Positions 50,601 through 63,759 of a DNA stretch of 64,000 bases are shown piece by piece (the stretch's first letter is position 1; every line of letters begins with the position of its first letter). Origin of the DNA: Octopus sinensis (Eukaryota); the NCBI RefSeq assembly GCF_006345805.1, contig NC_042999.1, positions 77,686,001-77,750,000 on the forward strand, given 5' to 3'. The notes beneath the pieces are model-generated. The model searched no databases and was not told the DNA's origin. It worked only from the letters and a program-made list of their open reading frames with translations. A program made the position numbers and the translations under genes.

Positions 50601-51297
50601 TGATTTCGAGCCGGGTCGTCTGCTGCTGGAGAGGACCGACCAGGTAAAGGACCTGGGTATCTTGGTGGATTCTTCCTTTTCGCCTTCGGCCCAGTGCGTC
50701 CATGCTGCCAATAAAGCACGCGGAATTCTGTTTTTGATTCGACGGTCATTCGGAATGCTCACAGCAGCCATATTCCTACCGCTCTATGTCACGCTGGTGA
50801 GACCCATATTGGAGTACGGGATTCAAGCCTCTTCTCCTTATCTTCTCAAAGACATACATAATCTCGAAAGAGTCCAGAAGCTGGCTACCCGCATGGTTCT
50901 TGGTCTCAAGCATTTGTCTTATGAAGAAAGGCTGAAGACGCTCGACCTTTATTCTCTAGAAAAACGACGACGCCGTGGTAATCTCAATCTTGCTCACAAC
51001 ATCATAAGCGGAAAGTGTAACCTTTCGAAAGAGCTGTTCTTCACTCCTACTCGAGAGCGTCTGCTGCGGGGTCACTCCGAAAAGCTCTATCTGTGACGAT
51101 TTCATCTCAATCGAAGGAGGGGTGCTTTCTCCGTCTGGGTTGCGGATCCGTGGAATAAAGTGCCGGACGAGATAGTGAAGATGGCCTGAACTCTTTGCAT
51201 GAACACCCTCCCTGTACATAACTCCATGTCCCCCTACATGGCCTTGCTTTTTGCTTTTTCAGCCAAAAAATTAACTTAACTTAACTTAACTTAACTA
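50601..51297 (+). mobile_element. 5'-truncated CR1-group LINE
   Basis: VKDLGILVDSSFSPSAQC..LYVTLVRPILEYG..LERVQKLATRMV..SYEERLKTLDLYSLEKRR..WNKVP. 3' tail of (TTAAC)n. Confidence 0.9.
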
Positions 51298-51538
51298 TAT
51301 ATAAATACCTGTGTGCGTGCGTGCGTGCGTGCGTGTGCGTGCGTGCGTGTGCGCGCGCGCGTGTTTATAGACACGATTTGCAGTCTCACCGAGATCGATT
51401 TTACTGTGCATTTTCCCGAAATAAAATTAAATATAATCGACTGTCCTTTGCTCCCAACAATCAATAAAGCTGATCACCAGTTTATGAAAAACTTCTGATC
51501 ATAAAACGGTCAGGTAGATGAGGCTCTTTATAACTTAT

Positions 51539-51592
<54 letters not shown>

Positions 51593-52237
51593 CTATTTAT
51601 ATTGATGATATGGTTAACTGACACAAGTACAAGCACATAATTTTAGAAAGAGGTATGGGTCAATTAAATCGCCTCCAATGCCTTTATTTATCGACCCAAG
51701 AAGAATTAAAAAGCAAAGTGAAGCTCAGTCGGATTTGAATTCATAGAGACTGATCGAATACTGGAAAAAAAAACCCAGCCTGACAAACGTCCAAACAATT
51801 CCTCTTGTCTACCATCCTAACTATATAATATATAATATAATCTTTAGCCCCTTGTGGGCAATAAAGAAATATATGTAATATATATAATCATATGTAGAGA
51901 GGAAATGACCGAGTAGATAAGATGGATATTTATAACCAGCTCTTTGATGGTGAATTCATATCTGATATATATATTTAAGTCAGTTAAGACAAACTTTTCA
52001 TGTAGCTCAGTACAAATGGCTGTTAGGAATGTTACTGGAAATTGAATGGGTAGTAGGAATTTTTATTTGTGATTGACTAGTATAAGATATTAGGAAAGGT
52101 GTTGAACTGAGGTATTACAGGAACCTTTGTATTTAATTATAAAGTTAACTTTTAAAATCTCTACAATGAAGTTGTTAAATGCATTTTTTACATTTTTACT
52201 ATATATTATTTTTTTATTTCTTATTTTATTTTTACAG

Positions 52238-54508
52238 ATCACGTCCCTCGAAGTACTTTACAAAATACTGAAGCCAATAGCACTGAATTTCCTCTTGATT
52301 CATCTCCTATATCACTGGATACAACATCGGTTGTAATAACAAATGCCATTATTTCCCAGGATAAAAGTTTTTCAAGTAGTCCTACTCAAACTGACTCACT
52401 GGATTTTACAACAAGCTATTCTGCAGACCAATATTTTTCAAGTATTGAAGCTATTAAAAGTTTACTATCAGTTTCAACTAACGAGATTATTCGAACAAGT
52501 TCATTAGTATCCTTGACCGATGCATATTCATCTTTATCGATGTGGTATTCGAATGACGTTGCACAAACCTACAGTTCATCATTGATCAGTACATTCGCAG
52601 AAACTGTGGGTACGAGCAGTTCGAAAGCTGAATCAAGTTTATTCAATCTAGACTTCTCTTCCACTTCTCTGTCTGTTGATATGTCTTCAAAAAGCCAATC
52701 ACTATTATATCATAGTCTGCTGCCCAGTACAATGTTATCAGTAGAAAATACTCCATCATTTATACCTGTTACTTCCATTGTAGAAACAAATGGCTTTTCT
52801 TCGTCCATTTTTCTATCTATATTATCAATATCTTCAACTACATCTAAAATTCTATCTGAAATATTTACAAGCAGCCCGTTACAGCCATCTGATGCGTTAA
52901 CTCACCTTATTACTAAAAGCAGTAACTTTGAAACACAGTATACAGAAAACATTGGGTCTACATCTAATTCCAACAATGCAGAAGGTTCAGCAAGTTTGTT
53001 CATTCAAACCTCTTCATATAACCCAGTGACATCAACAAACATTAGTGCTTTAAATATATTGAATACAGAAAGTTTGATTAGTCACAGCTCTATATTACCT
53101 TTTACTAATCTAAAAATTAGTAGTTTAACAACTTATGTAGCTGAAAGTCTACCGAGTTTCGTGAGTGATTTACACATACACTCTTCTGAATATCAAAGTA
53201 TTGACTCATTTTCCTATGTATCGTTCCTGTCTACTAACAGTGTCAGTAACTCTCCACTAACTACAATATATATGAACAGTAAAAATTCCCTGGAAACAAA
53301 TTTATCTTACCTGCCTACAAACTCGGGTTTATTTTCTCTAGCTTTTCAGTCGACAACACCTAATATAATCAGCAGCACACGATTTCAAACAGTTGAAGAC
53401 GTGTCTGCCAGTTCTGTATCACCAGTAATATCTGAAGGAGTCTCACAATTAATCACAGATGAATATTTTACGCAAAGTTCTCAATATGCCACACCTATAT
53501 TTAGTCGTTATGCTACTAGTGGATGGGAATTGTCAAATAGCATTGACAGTACAGTAGAACATTTTGAAAGAAGTGTTTCATTACAGACTTTTGTAGACGT
53601 TTACTCTTCAGTGTTCAGCAGTCAAACAGAAAGAACTGATGAATACAATACCACAGTGCAAAATTCGGTTTCAAATCCTGATACCACTCTAACGGTGTTG
53701 TCAACTGTCTATTTAAATAACATAACAAATTCAAACGACATAACTTTATCTGTAACAGTTGGAGAATCAGGAATACAATCGGAACTACTAAATTCTTTTG
53801 AAAACAGTTTGCAGCAAAAATCTTCTGTTAATATTCTCCAATCAGAAAATGCGTCGGAATCCAGTCAGCTTTATATGGAGAAAACATTATCTGTTAACAA
53901 TTTTCTAACTGATTCTCTTGGTAGTTTCTCCTCTGGAGACACAAAACAGCTAACTACCTTACAGCTTACCGAAAAGACTCAAATGACGAGAGATTTTAGT
54001 TTCCAAACCGGAAGTAATGAACTGATGTATACTTCACCTTTCACCAGTACTGACGAATCTCAGCAATCAATGACTGACTATTTGACCCCCAGTTTTGAGT
54101 CAAATTTAATGTCAACAGTTGTTGCATCTCAGCCAGTATATGAAACTGAATTTTCTTCGATAAGCATCATACTTAGTATAAACTCCAACATCAATTCCCA
54201 GCCGGTTACAAGTGGTTACCTCACTAATAAATTTTCCACTGCGATAAATACAGCTCCATACTCCGTTGGAACTCAGCAGCTCTACGCTTCAAGTGAATTT
54301 CTCTCAAAAACAAGAATTATTGACAGTTTTAGTGATTTTGCTACGTTACACTCAGAGAACTCTCAGAATAATTTTAAATCGGCCGAATTTAGCAGTTCAT
54401 TCCGATTGGGAAGTGAAGATTTTGCAAGTAATACTTCACTATCGGTTTTAGAAATTCTTCCCACAATTACAACCACTAATTTACCACAAGAAACAAAACA
54501 CTTTACCG
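52238..54508 (+). CDS. Mucin-like protein exon H (2,271 nt): Ser/Thr-rich, phase 1-1
   Basis: ttattttatttttacag|AT CAC GTC. Frame is open from 52238 into the 693-aa ORF. Donor ACC G|gtaaat. Confidence 0.88.
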
Positions 54509-55388
54509 GTAAATTTTTATTTAATAAAAGATTGTTTTCTTATATTGTTAAATTTTCACAGAGTTTATTTACTGAGCATTTTACTATAGGCTAATCCAAT
54601 TATAAACTAATCTACTTATTAGCATCAATCTTCACAATTTAAAGTCGTTAAGTTTTGTTTAATAGTACAACATTAAATGGAAAATTCTGAGTTCAGATTA
54701 CAATTTACAATAACAACGTTTTAAGTTTTACTGATTTGTAAAAATTTTGGGAAAATTAAAATACTTCACAAGTAATACACTATCATAACTGTAAAAGAAG
54801 CCTGAATCCTCAAGTAAACATTCTCTAAAAATTTGCTCTATATTTAGTTATAAATAATTGGAAATAATCCGTGATCTTTGGTAATATCAGATGAGATGTT
54901 TCATTAGATTCTGTTGAGGTTGGTCAACGGAGAAGGAGCAGTGGCTGTGATCTTTGCGAACTGGTGAGATTGATGTGGTTGATGTTCAGTTTTACAATCA
55001 AGTAGTTTTTGTTTACATGGAAAAACCCTGGTTGAGAGGGAACCCTTAAGAACTTCAAGTCTGAAGAGAAACACTTAAACAAGAAATATTTAGTTGGGAA
55101 ACTGAAAGATGAGATGTGGTAGTGATGATGAAAAGTAAAGATATGCGTGTCTGATGAGCGTGAGTAGAAATAGTATGTAAAAGCTACTTCAGAGAAGCAA
55201 AGGCTCATATAGTTTCAGTATACAAGGCATACAGAAGAAATGAGCCTTTGTTTGGTAAATAGTTGTGTCCCAAGATATGTGAGTAGTGCCAAATGATAGC
55301 TGCTTTCAAGAGGGTCAGTAAATGATATGGAGTGGCATATTTTCTGGCTAGTCTTAGGGATGTAATTTTGGCAATGTTACACACACAC

Positions 55389-55469
<81 letters not shown>

Positions 55470-55472
<3 letters not shown>

Positions 55473-55778
55473 CACTCCGTCGGTTATGACGACGTGGGTT
55501 CCAGTCGATCCGAGGGATGCAGTCAACCTGCTAGTGAAACTAACGTGCAAGTGGCTGAGCACTCCACGGACACGCATACCCTTAACATGGCACTAAGGGA
55601 GATTCAGAATGACTCAGAATGTAACAAGGCTGGCCCTTTCAATTACAGGTGCTATTCATTTTTGCCAGGTGAGTGAAATGGAGAAATGTGAAATAAAGTG
55701 TCTTGCTCAAGGACACAACGCGTCACCGGGAATTGAACTCACAACCTTACGACTCAGTCCCGCGTACTCTAGCCACTA
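55470..55778 (-). mobile_element. tRNA-derived SINE (third family)
   Basis: Minus head tagtggctagagtacgcgggactgagtcgtaaggttgtgagttcaattcccgg..tgtgtccttgagcaagacactttatttcac, followed by a (TG)n tail. Confidence 0.78.
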
Positions 55779-55864
55779 TATATATATGTGTGTGTGTGTG
55801 TACATATATATATGCACATACACTAAATATGTATATATAAACATGTATGTATATATATATATAT

Positions 55865-56325
55865 TTCTGGTGACGTCGATGTTCGCCTGGGGCTAAATGC
55901 ATCAGTAACACCCCCACCACCCCGCCCTGACCCTAGCCACATTCAGATGGCTGATCCCTCTTATGTTATAGAGCAGTTACTGTTTATATCTCGCCCAGAG
56001 ATTTATTATTGTTTTCGAACAGATTTTCTACGCCAGTGACTGTGGTTACTGTGAAAATCTATATATATCCAGCCTGCAGAGGAAGTCCCTCAACGAAGAG
56101 CGGTGCTTACCATACGTTGACAAGAGGCAATAACCTCGAAACCGGTCCGTGTGTAGTATCCGTATCTTCGGGGAGGCTGATCTCCCTTTGCTGGCTGGCA
56201 AGGACACCGAGATGGTGTCAGCTCTTCTGGTGACGTCGATGTTCGCCTGGGGCTAAATGCATCAGTAACACCCCCACCACCCCGCCCTGACCCTAGCCAC
56301 ATTCAGATGGCTGATCCCTCTTATG

Positions 56326-56330
<5 letters not shown>
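55865..56330 (+). mobile_element. Retrozyme-like element: 1.3 copies of a 360-nt unit with one type I hammerhead
   Basis: Identical 106-bp direct repeats at 55865-55970 and 56225-56330 (period 360). (TA)n on both flanks. No ORF. Hammerhead at 56111-56153. Confidence 0.78.
56111..56153 (+). ncRNA. Minimal type I hammerhead ribozyme with U3-A8 core covariation
   Basis: catacg-TTGACAA-gagg-caataa-cctc-GAAA-ccgg-TC-cgtgtg. 6-bp helix I, 4-bp helix II, CCGG palindromic helix III. Predicted GUC cut after 56147. Confidence 0.75.
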
Positions 56331-56364
<34 letters not shown>

Positions 56365-56861
56365 CATATTTCGTCTCATGTTCATCTCCTGTGTCCCTGC
56401 CTCAAGGCTTTGTCTCTAGACACGCCAGCTCAACTTGATTCGTCTCTATCAATCGAAAGACACCTATTGTTATTTTCTTGTTACTTGTATTTGTAATTGT
56501 GTAACATTTTCTCCGTATTTTTCGTCTTGCTTTTGTTTTGTCTTTCGTGTTGTACACATTCGCTTGCTTTCTCCCAAAATATTTAGAGCTCTTAGCTTAG
56601 ATCTTTGGGGCCAGCCAGATTTGAATAGTCCCAAGTGTAACCGGGCGAAACTAAGGATAATCTAGAAACTTGACTGAGGAGAGAAGGCCACGAATGACCC
56701 GTCCTTGTTTTTTCCTGTCCAAACGTGTACCGTCTATCTGTCCGGATGTTTTACTGTCGTCTGTTGCGTTCTTGTTCCATTTAGAATTTATACATGCATA
56801 CATACATACATACATACATACATACATACATACATACATACATACACACACATACACACAC

Positions 56862-56934
<73 letters not shown>

Positions 56935-57023
56935 TATATATACATATACACATACATACATGCATGCATGCATACATACATACATACATACATACATACA
57001 TACATACATACATACATACAAAA

Positions 57024-57085
57024 GTCGAGGAAGCCCTTCGTCAGAAAAAGGAATTTCTGACGAAGAGCCGGCCCAAAATATTAGT
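57024..57085. ncRNA. Decayed divergent pair of hammerhead half-motifs
   Basis: cttcgtcagaaa..tttctgacgaag palindrome. Both CTGACGA cores are followed by broken helix II / GAAA. Confidence 0.4.
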
Positions 57086-59209
57086 TTTCTTTACCCTAGC
57101 AAAATAATATTTATTCCACTTTGCTGAGTTTTTATACACTCACTAATTTCATAGATTTTACTATTCCACTTTGATATTTAAAATATATTTTGGCTAACAT
57201 TTACAAGAGTCAATTGGCAAAAGATGCTTTCTAAGGGAAAAGAATGTATATTGAATTTCATAACTTGATGAATAATATTCTCTTCCTTCCAGTGTTTCAA
57301 ATGAAAATTAGCTGAAAACGAAAATCAAAACTGGACTTCATTTTTTTCTTAAATTGAACTGTAAATATCTGCATTGATGGGGAATATATTTCAAAATCGA
57401 TCGTCTATATCTAACAGAAAAAAGAAAACCCTTATCTGAACAATAACTATTGATTTGTTACAGTTGTTGCCAACCGTAACCATTCTGTCTCTAAAAGACT
57501 GCATTATCTAATATACCCTGTTCTTATTTAAGGCGAAATCATGTGATTTGAAGAAGAAGTGGCTGCTATTTCTAGCAACTTGGAAAACTATGCAGAAACT
57601 CTCTCGGTGGTTTGTAACTGTCTTGATCACTAACGTAAACACAAGAACGACATTCGTTACAAAGAGCTATGAATCAAGGAAAGATCAGAAATACAAAACA
57701 AGAAAAATAAGTCGGTGATGGGCGAGGTAAAGACAGGGAAGGAGGAGACGATGGAATGATGTTGGGATGGAATAATGGTGGGAGAAAGGAAAGAAATGAA
57801 GAGAATAAACCATTGATTCTGTATCCCTTTAATTTTCCCTATGTTTACACAAATTACCAGTTTCCAGCGACAATTATCTATTTATTTGTTTCGTAATTTT
57901 TTGCTTAGTATTATTTTATCTCTCTTTAATGATATCAGTTTCCTATTGAAAACAACAAACGAGCGATTCACAGATATATCAAAGGGAAATACAATTATTT
58001 CGGCTCTCCCCCATTTGTATTTAATAGCCTTGCTTTAAAAATATCAATTTATGAAACTCTTTCTAGCTTCATATGGTCACCATTATAATTCATTTGTATA
58101 TAATTGTTGGCAACTTGAATAGTTTCCTTTGGACGAAAGCTATATATCACTGCAATTATTGTCTTGTCACATTACTATGACTAAACATTTTCTAATGTCG
58201 AACCTGCGCAGCATTTAACAATACCGTTATCTTGTTTCATACTATGTGAACTAAATACCTAATTAACGAGCACAGGCATGGCTTTGTGGTTGAGAATTTC
58301 GCTTAGTAAATTTGGTTAACAGAAACTGCGCGTAGGAAGCTTTGTCGTTGGGACCATTGTTGTCCTTAGGATGTAGACTTAATCTCTCCTTTGGTTTTAC
58401 GTACCTTTAACAGAGTTAGGCCAAGTTTCGGATGGGAGGATAACTTTCTGATTTCATCCTACCAGTTACGAAAACATAGGAAAAAGTCATGGACGCACAC
58501 TTTTCTCTTCTAACCAATTAAAGAAAAAAGCTATTAGCGGTAGTTGCAGTATTTGTGACGAATAATAAATATCACATTCAACTTAAATTGAATGTGTTAT
58601 CTAAATCGGCTTTAAATTGCTCTTAACGTCCAGTGATATACCATTTCATGCTGACGACACGGGCTAATGAAACACTGACTATATCAACTGACTAAATAAT
58701 CGTCTGCAATCGTGGATAGCACTACCGTCTCACGTGATTTCACTGTTTTGGGGGGAATCATCAGCAGCAGCCTGCCTCGCACCGAATGCCTGTACGAAAA
58801 TCAGCCAAACTGATTTAGTATAATAATGGCCAATGGTATAGCAAAAAGCCAGTAATTTACATTTGAGGGTTTGCAATCGGAAGAGAGTCTTGCGGTATTT
58901 ATTTGTGCTACTTTATTTGCTGAGTTTAAACCATGCCGAGGTCGATTTTGCATACCAGGTCAATAAAATAAAGTAGCAGGAGTCTACTGTAGTTGGATAG
59001 ATCGACTAAATCCATCCTCCATATTTTTTTGAGACATTGTACCTTCGTTAGAAATCAATAATAAACATTTGGGAGGGTGTAAATGACAGAATCGGTAGCG
59101 GAATGGTAAAAAATAGTGCAGTATCTAGTTACACATTTGTATGTTCTTAGTTGAAATTCTAACGAAGTGAGCTTTTCCTTCCATTCTAAACTGTATGTAT
59201 GTATGTATG

Positions 59210-59243
<34 letters not shown>

Positions 59244-59440
59244 TGTATGTATGTATGTATGTATGTATGTATAATCAAGGATAAAATTTATATAGAATTT
59301 TATCAAGTAACTAGCATATGATTAATCTCTCTTAGTTTTAGAGCCTTTTAGCGTTTTCTTCTAGCATGTGGTATTACTTGGTAGTTGCCCTTATAATTTT
59401 ATAATTATATTCATAAAATTATATACTTTGTATATATATA

Positions 59441-59489
<49 letters not shown>

Positions 59490-59853
59490 TGTATGCATGT
59501 ATGTATACATAGATAAACAGTATGTGAGAGAATGCGAAGTAAACGTGGTATAGACATCCAAAAAGTAGTGTTCAATCAGATGAGAACTTAAAATCCAATT
59601 CCCTCATGCAAGGCTTGTGCCTCTGGGCAGATAAACACAAGTGAGCTTAATGCATTTATTTAAATGGAGTACAAAATACAGTTCACGGAATAAAGAAAGT
59701 AAACGAATAAGTTTTGTAAGAATCTCGCTTTCTCCCACTGACAAGATATGACTACTAGACAACTACTTTTGTTTACCTTCTTTGTGTATTCCGTAGTCTG
59801 TGTTTTTTAAAGAGACAGAGACAGAGACAGAGAGACAAAGAGGGAGGGGGAAG

Positions 59854-59892
<39 letters not shown>

Positions 59893-60907
59893 GAGAGTGT
59901 TAGAGAGACAGAAGGAGAGAGAAATTAATCATATATCAATCAGGGAATGTATTTTGGAATTATTACGAATGGCTTCATTTCTATTTTCCTCCGCGTTATC
60001 ATCATCTTTGTTTTGTTCTAAGTCGAAAGACCTCATCCCTTTTTAATCTAAATCGTAGCACCCAATACTCGTTTCTTGTTTGCTTCGTTTAGTCGCAAGA
60101 CATTATCCTTTGTGTGTTAACTCATAAGACTTTGTGAAATACTAAGTCTTCAAACTTAGTGATTGCTTACAACGACTGGCACTTGCTGGACGGGAGATAA
60201 AGCGTTTTAGCACCGAAATCTTGCTGAAATCTATATAAACGGTTGATAAGGGGCATTTCCACATTTTATTTTATCCTTTCTCGGTTCATTGCTGTTTACA
60301 TCTTTTCACTTACAATTATGTTAATAGAATTGCCCTTTCACAGACCTACTCTACTCTTTCCTTTTTTTATCTTTCACATCTTCTCTCTCTGTTTCTTTCT
60401 TTTTTTCTACCTCTCGTTATTGCACCAGTACCCTGCTGCTGATCCTATTTTCCCCATCGTACTACTTTCTCGTTCTTTTTTTTCATCAATTTCGAACAAA
60501 CCACACATCTCCATTAGGTCATAAAAACTATGAATCATAAAACGTATAAATCATGAAATGCATTAACCAGGAAATATATGAGCTGTATACATTCAGAATA
60601 GTATTTCATGGTTTATATATTTCGTATCTGAAGAATTTGATTGTCCAGATATATTTCTTGCTTGATATGTCCCGAGAGTCTCAAAGATAGTTAACTTGAG
60701 GCCAAATTATGCAAACTACACTGATACAATTAAGCACACACACACATACACACACACGATTGAGTGGACAATCGAAAGAATAGGACACTCAACACATTCA
60801 GTAGAATTTACATGTCTTTAAATCAGTTTGAGTCAAATCGAATCAAACCGAACCAAACTGTTTTAAATAATATGTATTGGATTTAGAAATCTTATTCTTC
60901 ATTTCAG

Positions 60908-61027
60908 ATGTCGACGAATGTTCAAATGAGACAAGTTGCGGCATTAATTCGATATGTATGAACACACGTGGTAGTTATCAGTGTGAATGCAAAACAGGAT
61001 ATAAGAAAGTTGGAGACATTTGTCAAG
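60908..61027 (+). CDS. Mucin-like protein exon I (120 nt): calcium-binding EGF domain
   Basis: ttcatttcag|AT GTC GAC GAA TGT. Translates DVDECSNETSCGINSICMNTRGSYQCECKTGYKKVGDICQ: six Cys, D-x-D-E-C, and the C-x-N-x4-Y-x-C hydroxylation motif. Donor G|gtaggt. Confidence 0.95.
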
Positions 61028-62147
61028 GTAGGTACTTTGAATTGATGTTCTTTTCTAGTGTACTAAGAATCCAAGGACGTGTTAAATAGTGAACATATTC
61101 ATTGATTTCACAAGGCTCGTAAAGTATGATAACACTTGACAAAATGCCTTTCATCTAATCACATATTATCAGTTGAAATTCCATCAGGTTCGGTCATGCT
61201 TTTCATTTCTCCAGAATCGATAAAATAATATAGTAAGGAAGTGGGGTGGGGTCCATCAAACTACCCACATCTCTTTCCAAACGATTGATTTTTCTAAGTC
61301 TTGTGCCGATGCAAGAAATCATTATCATTGATTTTTCAAAGTCGCTGGAGAATCAGGATCAAGAGAACGCCAACGTAAATGTTTTAAAATATTCTGGATA
61401 CAATTACCAATGAGTCACAGAAATAAGCGCCTGTTATGTCTGAAATTAATTTACTCAACTATATTAATCATTTTTGAATGTGTTTATGCCTTGTGCCTAG
61501 CTATAGTTACTGCACTAATGTCCTCGGGAAAGACATGCGTTAACCAACTTCCTGTTTTAACCGTTGTAAAACTTTGAGCTTAAAATCCTACGCGAGAAAT
61601 TGCGATTATGATTTTTATTATCATCATTAATATCTTCTCCATCCTCTTTCTCCTCATTACCATCACTATCATAATCATGACCAGTAGCATCAACATAATC
61701 CTCTTTACCATCATCAGTACCATTACCGCCACCATCACCGCCACAGCCGCCGCAACAATCGCCACCACCGCAGCCACTGCCGCCACCGCCTCCGCCGCCG
61801 TCGTCATCGTCGTCGTTATTATGAAAGAGTAAAATCATTAGAGCGTAGACTTGTGTTTGTTCCGGGTCTTTACGTTCTGATTCCAAATCTGGTCGATGTC
61901 AGCTTTGCCTTTGATCCTTCTAGGGTTCGATCGACCAAAGTCCTAGTAAAGTACAGAGTTTGATTTAATGGACTAATCCCTGCTCCCAGATTTGTGACCC
62001 TTTTCCTCAGTTAGAAATTATTACAAGTGACTTAATACTAGTATTACATGTTCTCATCACTTTTCGGCCTTCTAGCTTAAGATCAAGGTGAAGTATATTA
62101 CATGTTTTCGTACTTCCAATCGTTCTTGCGTATAGAGTTCTTCATAT

Positions 62148-62362
62148 ATTGGTTTCTACTCTTTGGCACAAGGCCAGCAATTTCGTGAGAGGGCATAAGT
62201 CGATTACATCAACCCCAGTAATCAACTGGTATTTATTTTACCAACCCCTAAAGGATGAAAGGCGAAGTCGACCTCGACGGAATTTGAACTCAGAACGTTA
62301 AGACGGAAATACTGCTAAGCATTTTGCCTGGTATGCTAGCAATTCTGCCAACTCGCCGCCTT
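62148..62362 (-). mobile_element. tRNA-derived SINE (second family)
   Basis: Reverse-complement match to the 24416 family. Confidence 0.85.
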
Positions 62363-62503
62363 AGAGTGTTCATATACTAAGAGACAGGCCACATCAATAA
62401 TCCACGACATCTATGCACAGGATATGAGGACTCCTAACACAGTTTGATTCTTCTCTTTAGTATTGTTCTTGCTTCGGTAGTGTAATATCATGTGACCATG
62501 CAT

Positions 62504-62707
62504 AGTGGTGAGCTGCCAGAATCGTTAACACGCCGGACAAAATGCTTAGCGGTGTTTCGTCCGTCTTTATGTTCCGAGTTCAAATTCCGTCGAAGTTGAC
62601 TTTACCTTTCAACCTTTCGGGATCGATAAAATAAGTACCAGTTGAGCACTGGGGTCTTATGTAATCGGCTTACCTCTATCCTCTTGTGCCAAAATTTGAA
62701 ACCAATA
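62504..62707 (+). mobile_element. tRNA-derived SINE (second family)
   Basis: agtggtgagctgccagaatcgttaacacgccgg..ccgagttcaaattccgtc. Confidence 0.85.
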
Positions 62708-62719
62708 TCATCTTACCGT

Positions 62720-63110
62720 GGTACTTTGTCCCAGAAAACATCTGATCAAATGGTTTTTGATACATCTGGGTATTTTCTGAACCCCATCTGTTCAAAAGAG
62801 TAAGTTTGATCTGATGATTGTATGTTTCCTTGTAAAAATACCAGTTGGTAACTTCCATTACAGACTGAAGCAGGAATCAGGTGACAATTTTCTACTGTAT
62901 TTCCTTGCCCTTTGATTTTTCGCAATCAAGCTTGTCCCTTAACCATCCATTCCAGAATACTTCCTATATATCATTTCCGATTTGACCATGTAAATATTTC
63001 AGATGTTTCATCCAAAATTCTCGGATCCGATCTTGTCCTAGCGTTTTCCTGTTTAATAGTGTATTTACTTGCGGTAGAAGTTCGTGCCTAGTTTCAAGGG
63101 GAACTGAAGC
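62720..63110 (-). pseudogene. Decayed R4/Dong-type RT N-terminal fragment
   Basis: Manual minus-strand translation gives KTLGQDRIREFWMKHLKYLHGQI and, after a frameshift, TSLIAK..WKLPTGI, resembling KxPGPDxIxNFWxKHL..LH and WKLLTGI. Confidence 0.55.
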
Positions 63111-63687
63111 GGCAATTTAAACTTTCTTTTTTCTATCTCTTGCCGTTGTTATGTTTATCTTTACATTTTCATCGCTATTGTTGTTTTCGTTTCCATTACA
63201 ATTGACGCTTTTGTATTAATTGTCTTTCTTGTGTTTTCTATCGTTGTTGTCATTGTCGCAACTGCTACTACTGCTACTCTCTTCAATTACAACAACCTCA
63301 GTAATATTGTTTGATGGAAGATGACTGCGAAAAACATTCATTTACAAAACCTCGTCCAACTTCTTTTCTTACTGAGCAGCTGGCAAAAACAAAGCCATTA
63401 TGAAAATTCTTCTATGCTTCCAAAAATGTTGTCACATATAGCAAGTAACAAAAAGTGCTCATCAGTCTTTAAAAATAAAATGAACAAAAACAAACCTCTG
63501 AAAATGAAAACAAGAAACAAACTCGCGAAGCTTACAAGACACATCTTAACATTTAATAAAACACAGTCCTGTTGGTCTCACAGGGAAAGCAGAGTTAACA
63601 ATAAACAAGGTGGGAGTGAGTGACAATCAGAGAGGGTAAAGTAGGCGAAAAACATCGAAAAGTTTTGCTCTGAAGATCCCTGACATT

Positions 63688-63688
<1 letters not shown>

Positions 63689-63759
<71 letters not shown>

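Noticed and set aside
55151-55180. CTGATGA..GAAA motif
   Set aside because: No helix II or helix I pairing.
56674-56735. CTGAGGA core near a repeat end
   Set aside because: No GAAA (caaa) and no convincing helices.
54509-60907. Additional SEA or EGF exon between exons H and I
   Set aside because: Candidate acceptors at 57292, 59364, 60092 and 60428 all hit early stops. H splices directly to I in frame (KHFT-DVDEC). A very small exon cannot be excluded.
61557-61886. Acidic/Gly-rich ORF with GGC/GAT runs
   Set aside because: Degenerate trinucleotide microsatellite without splice support.
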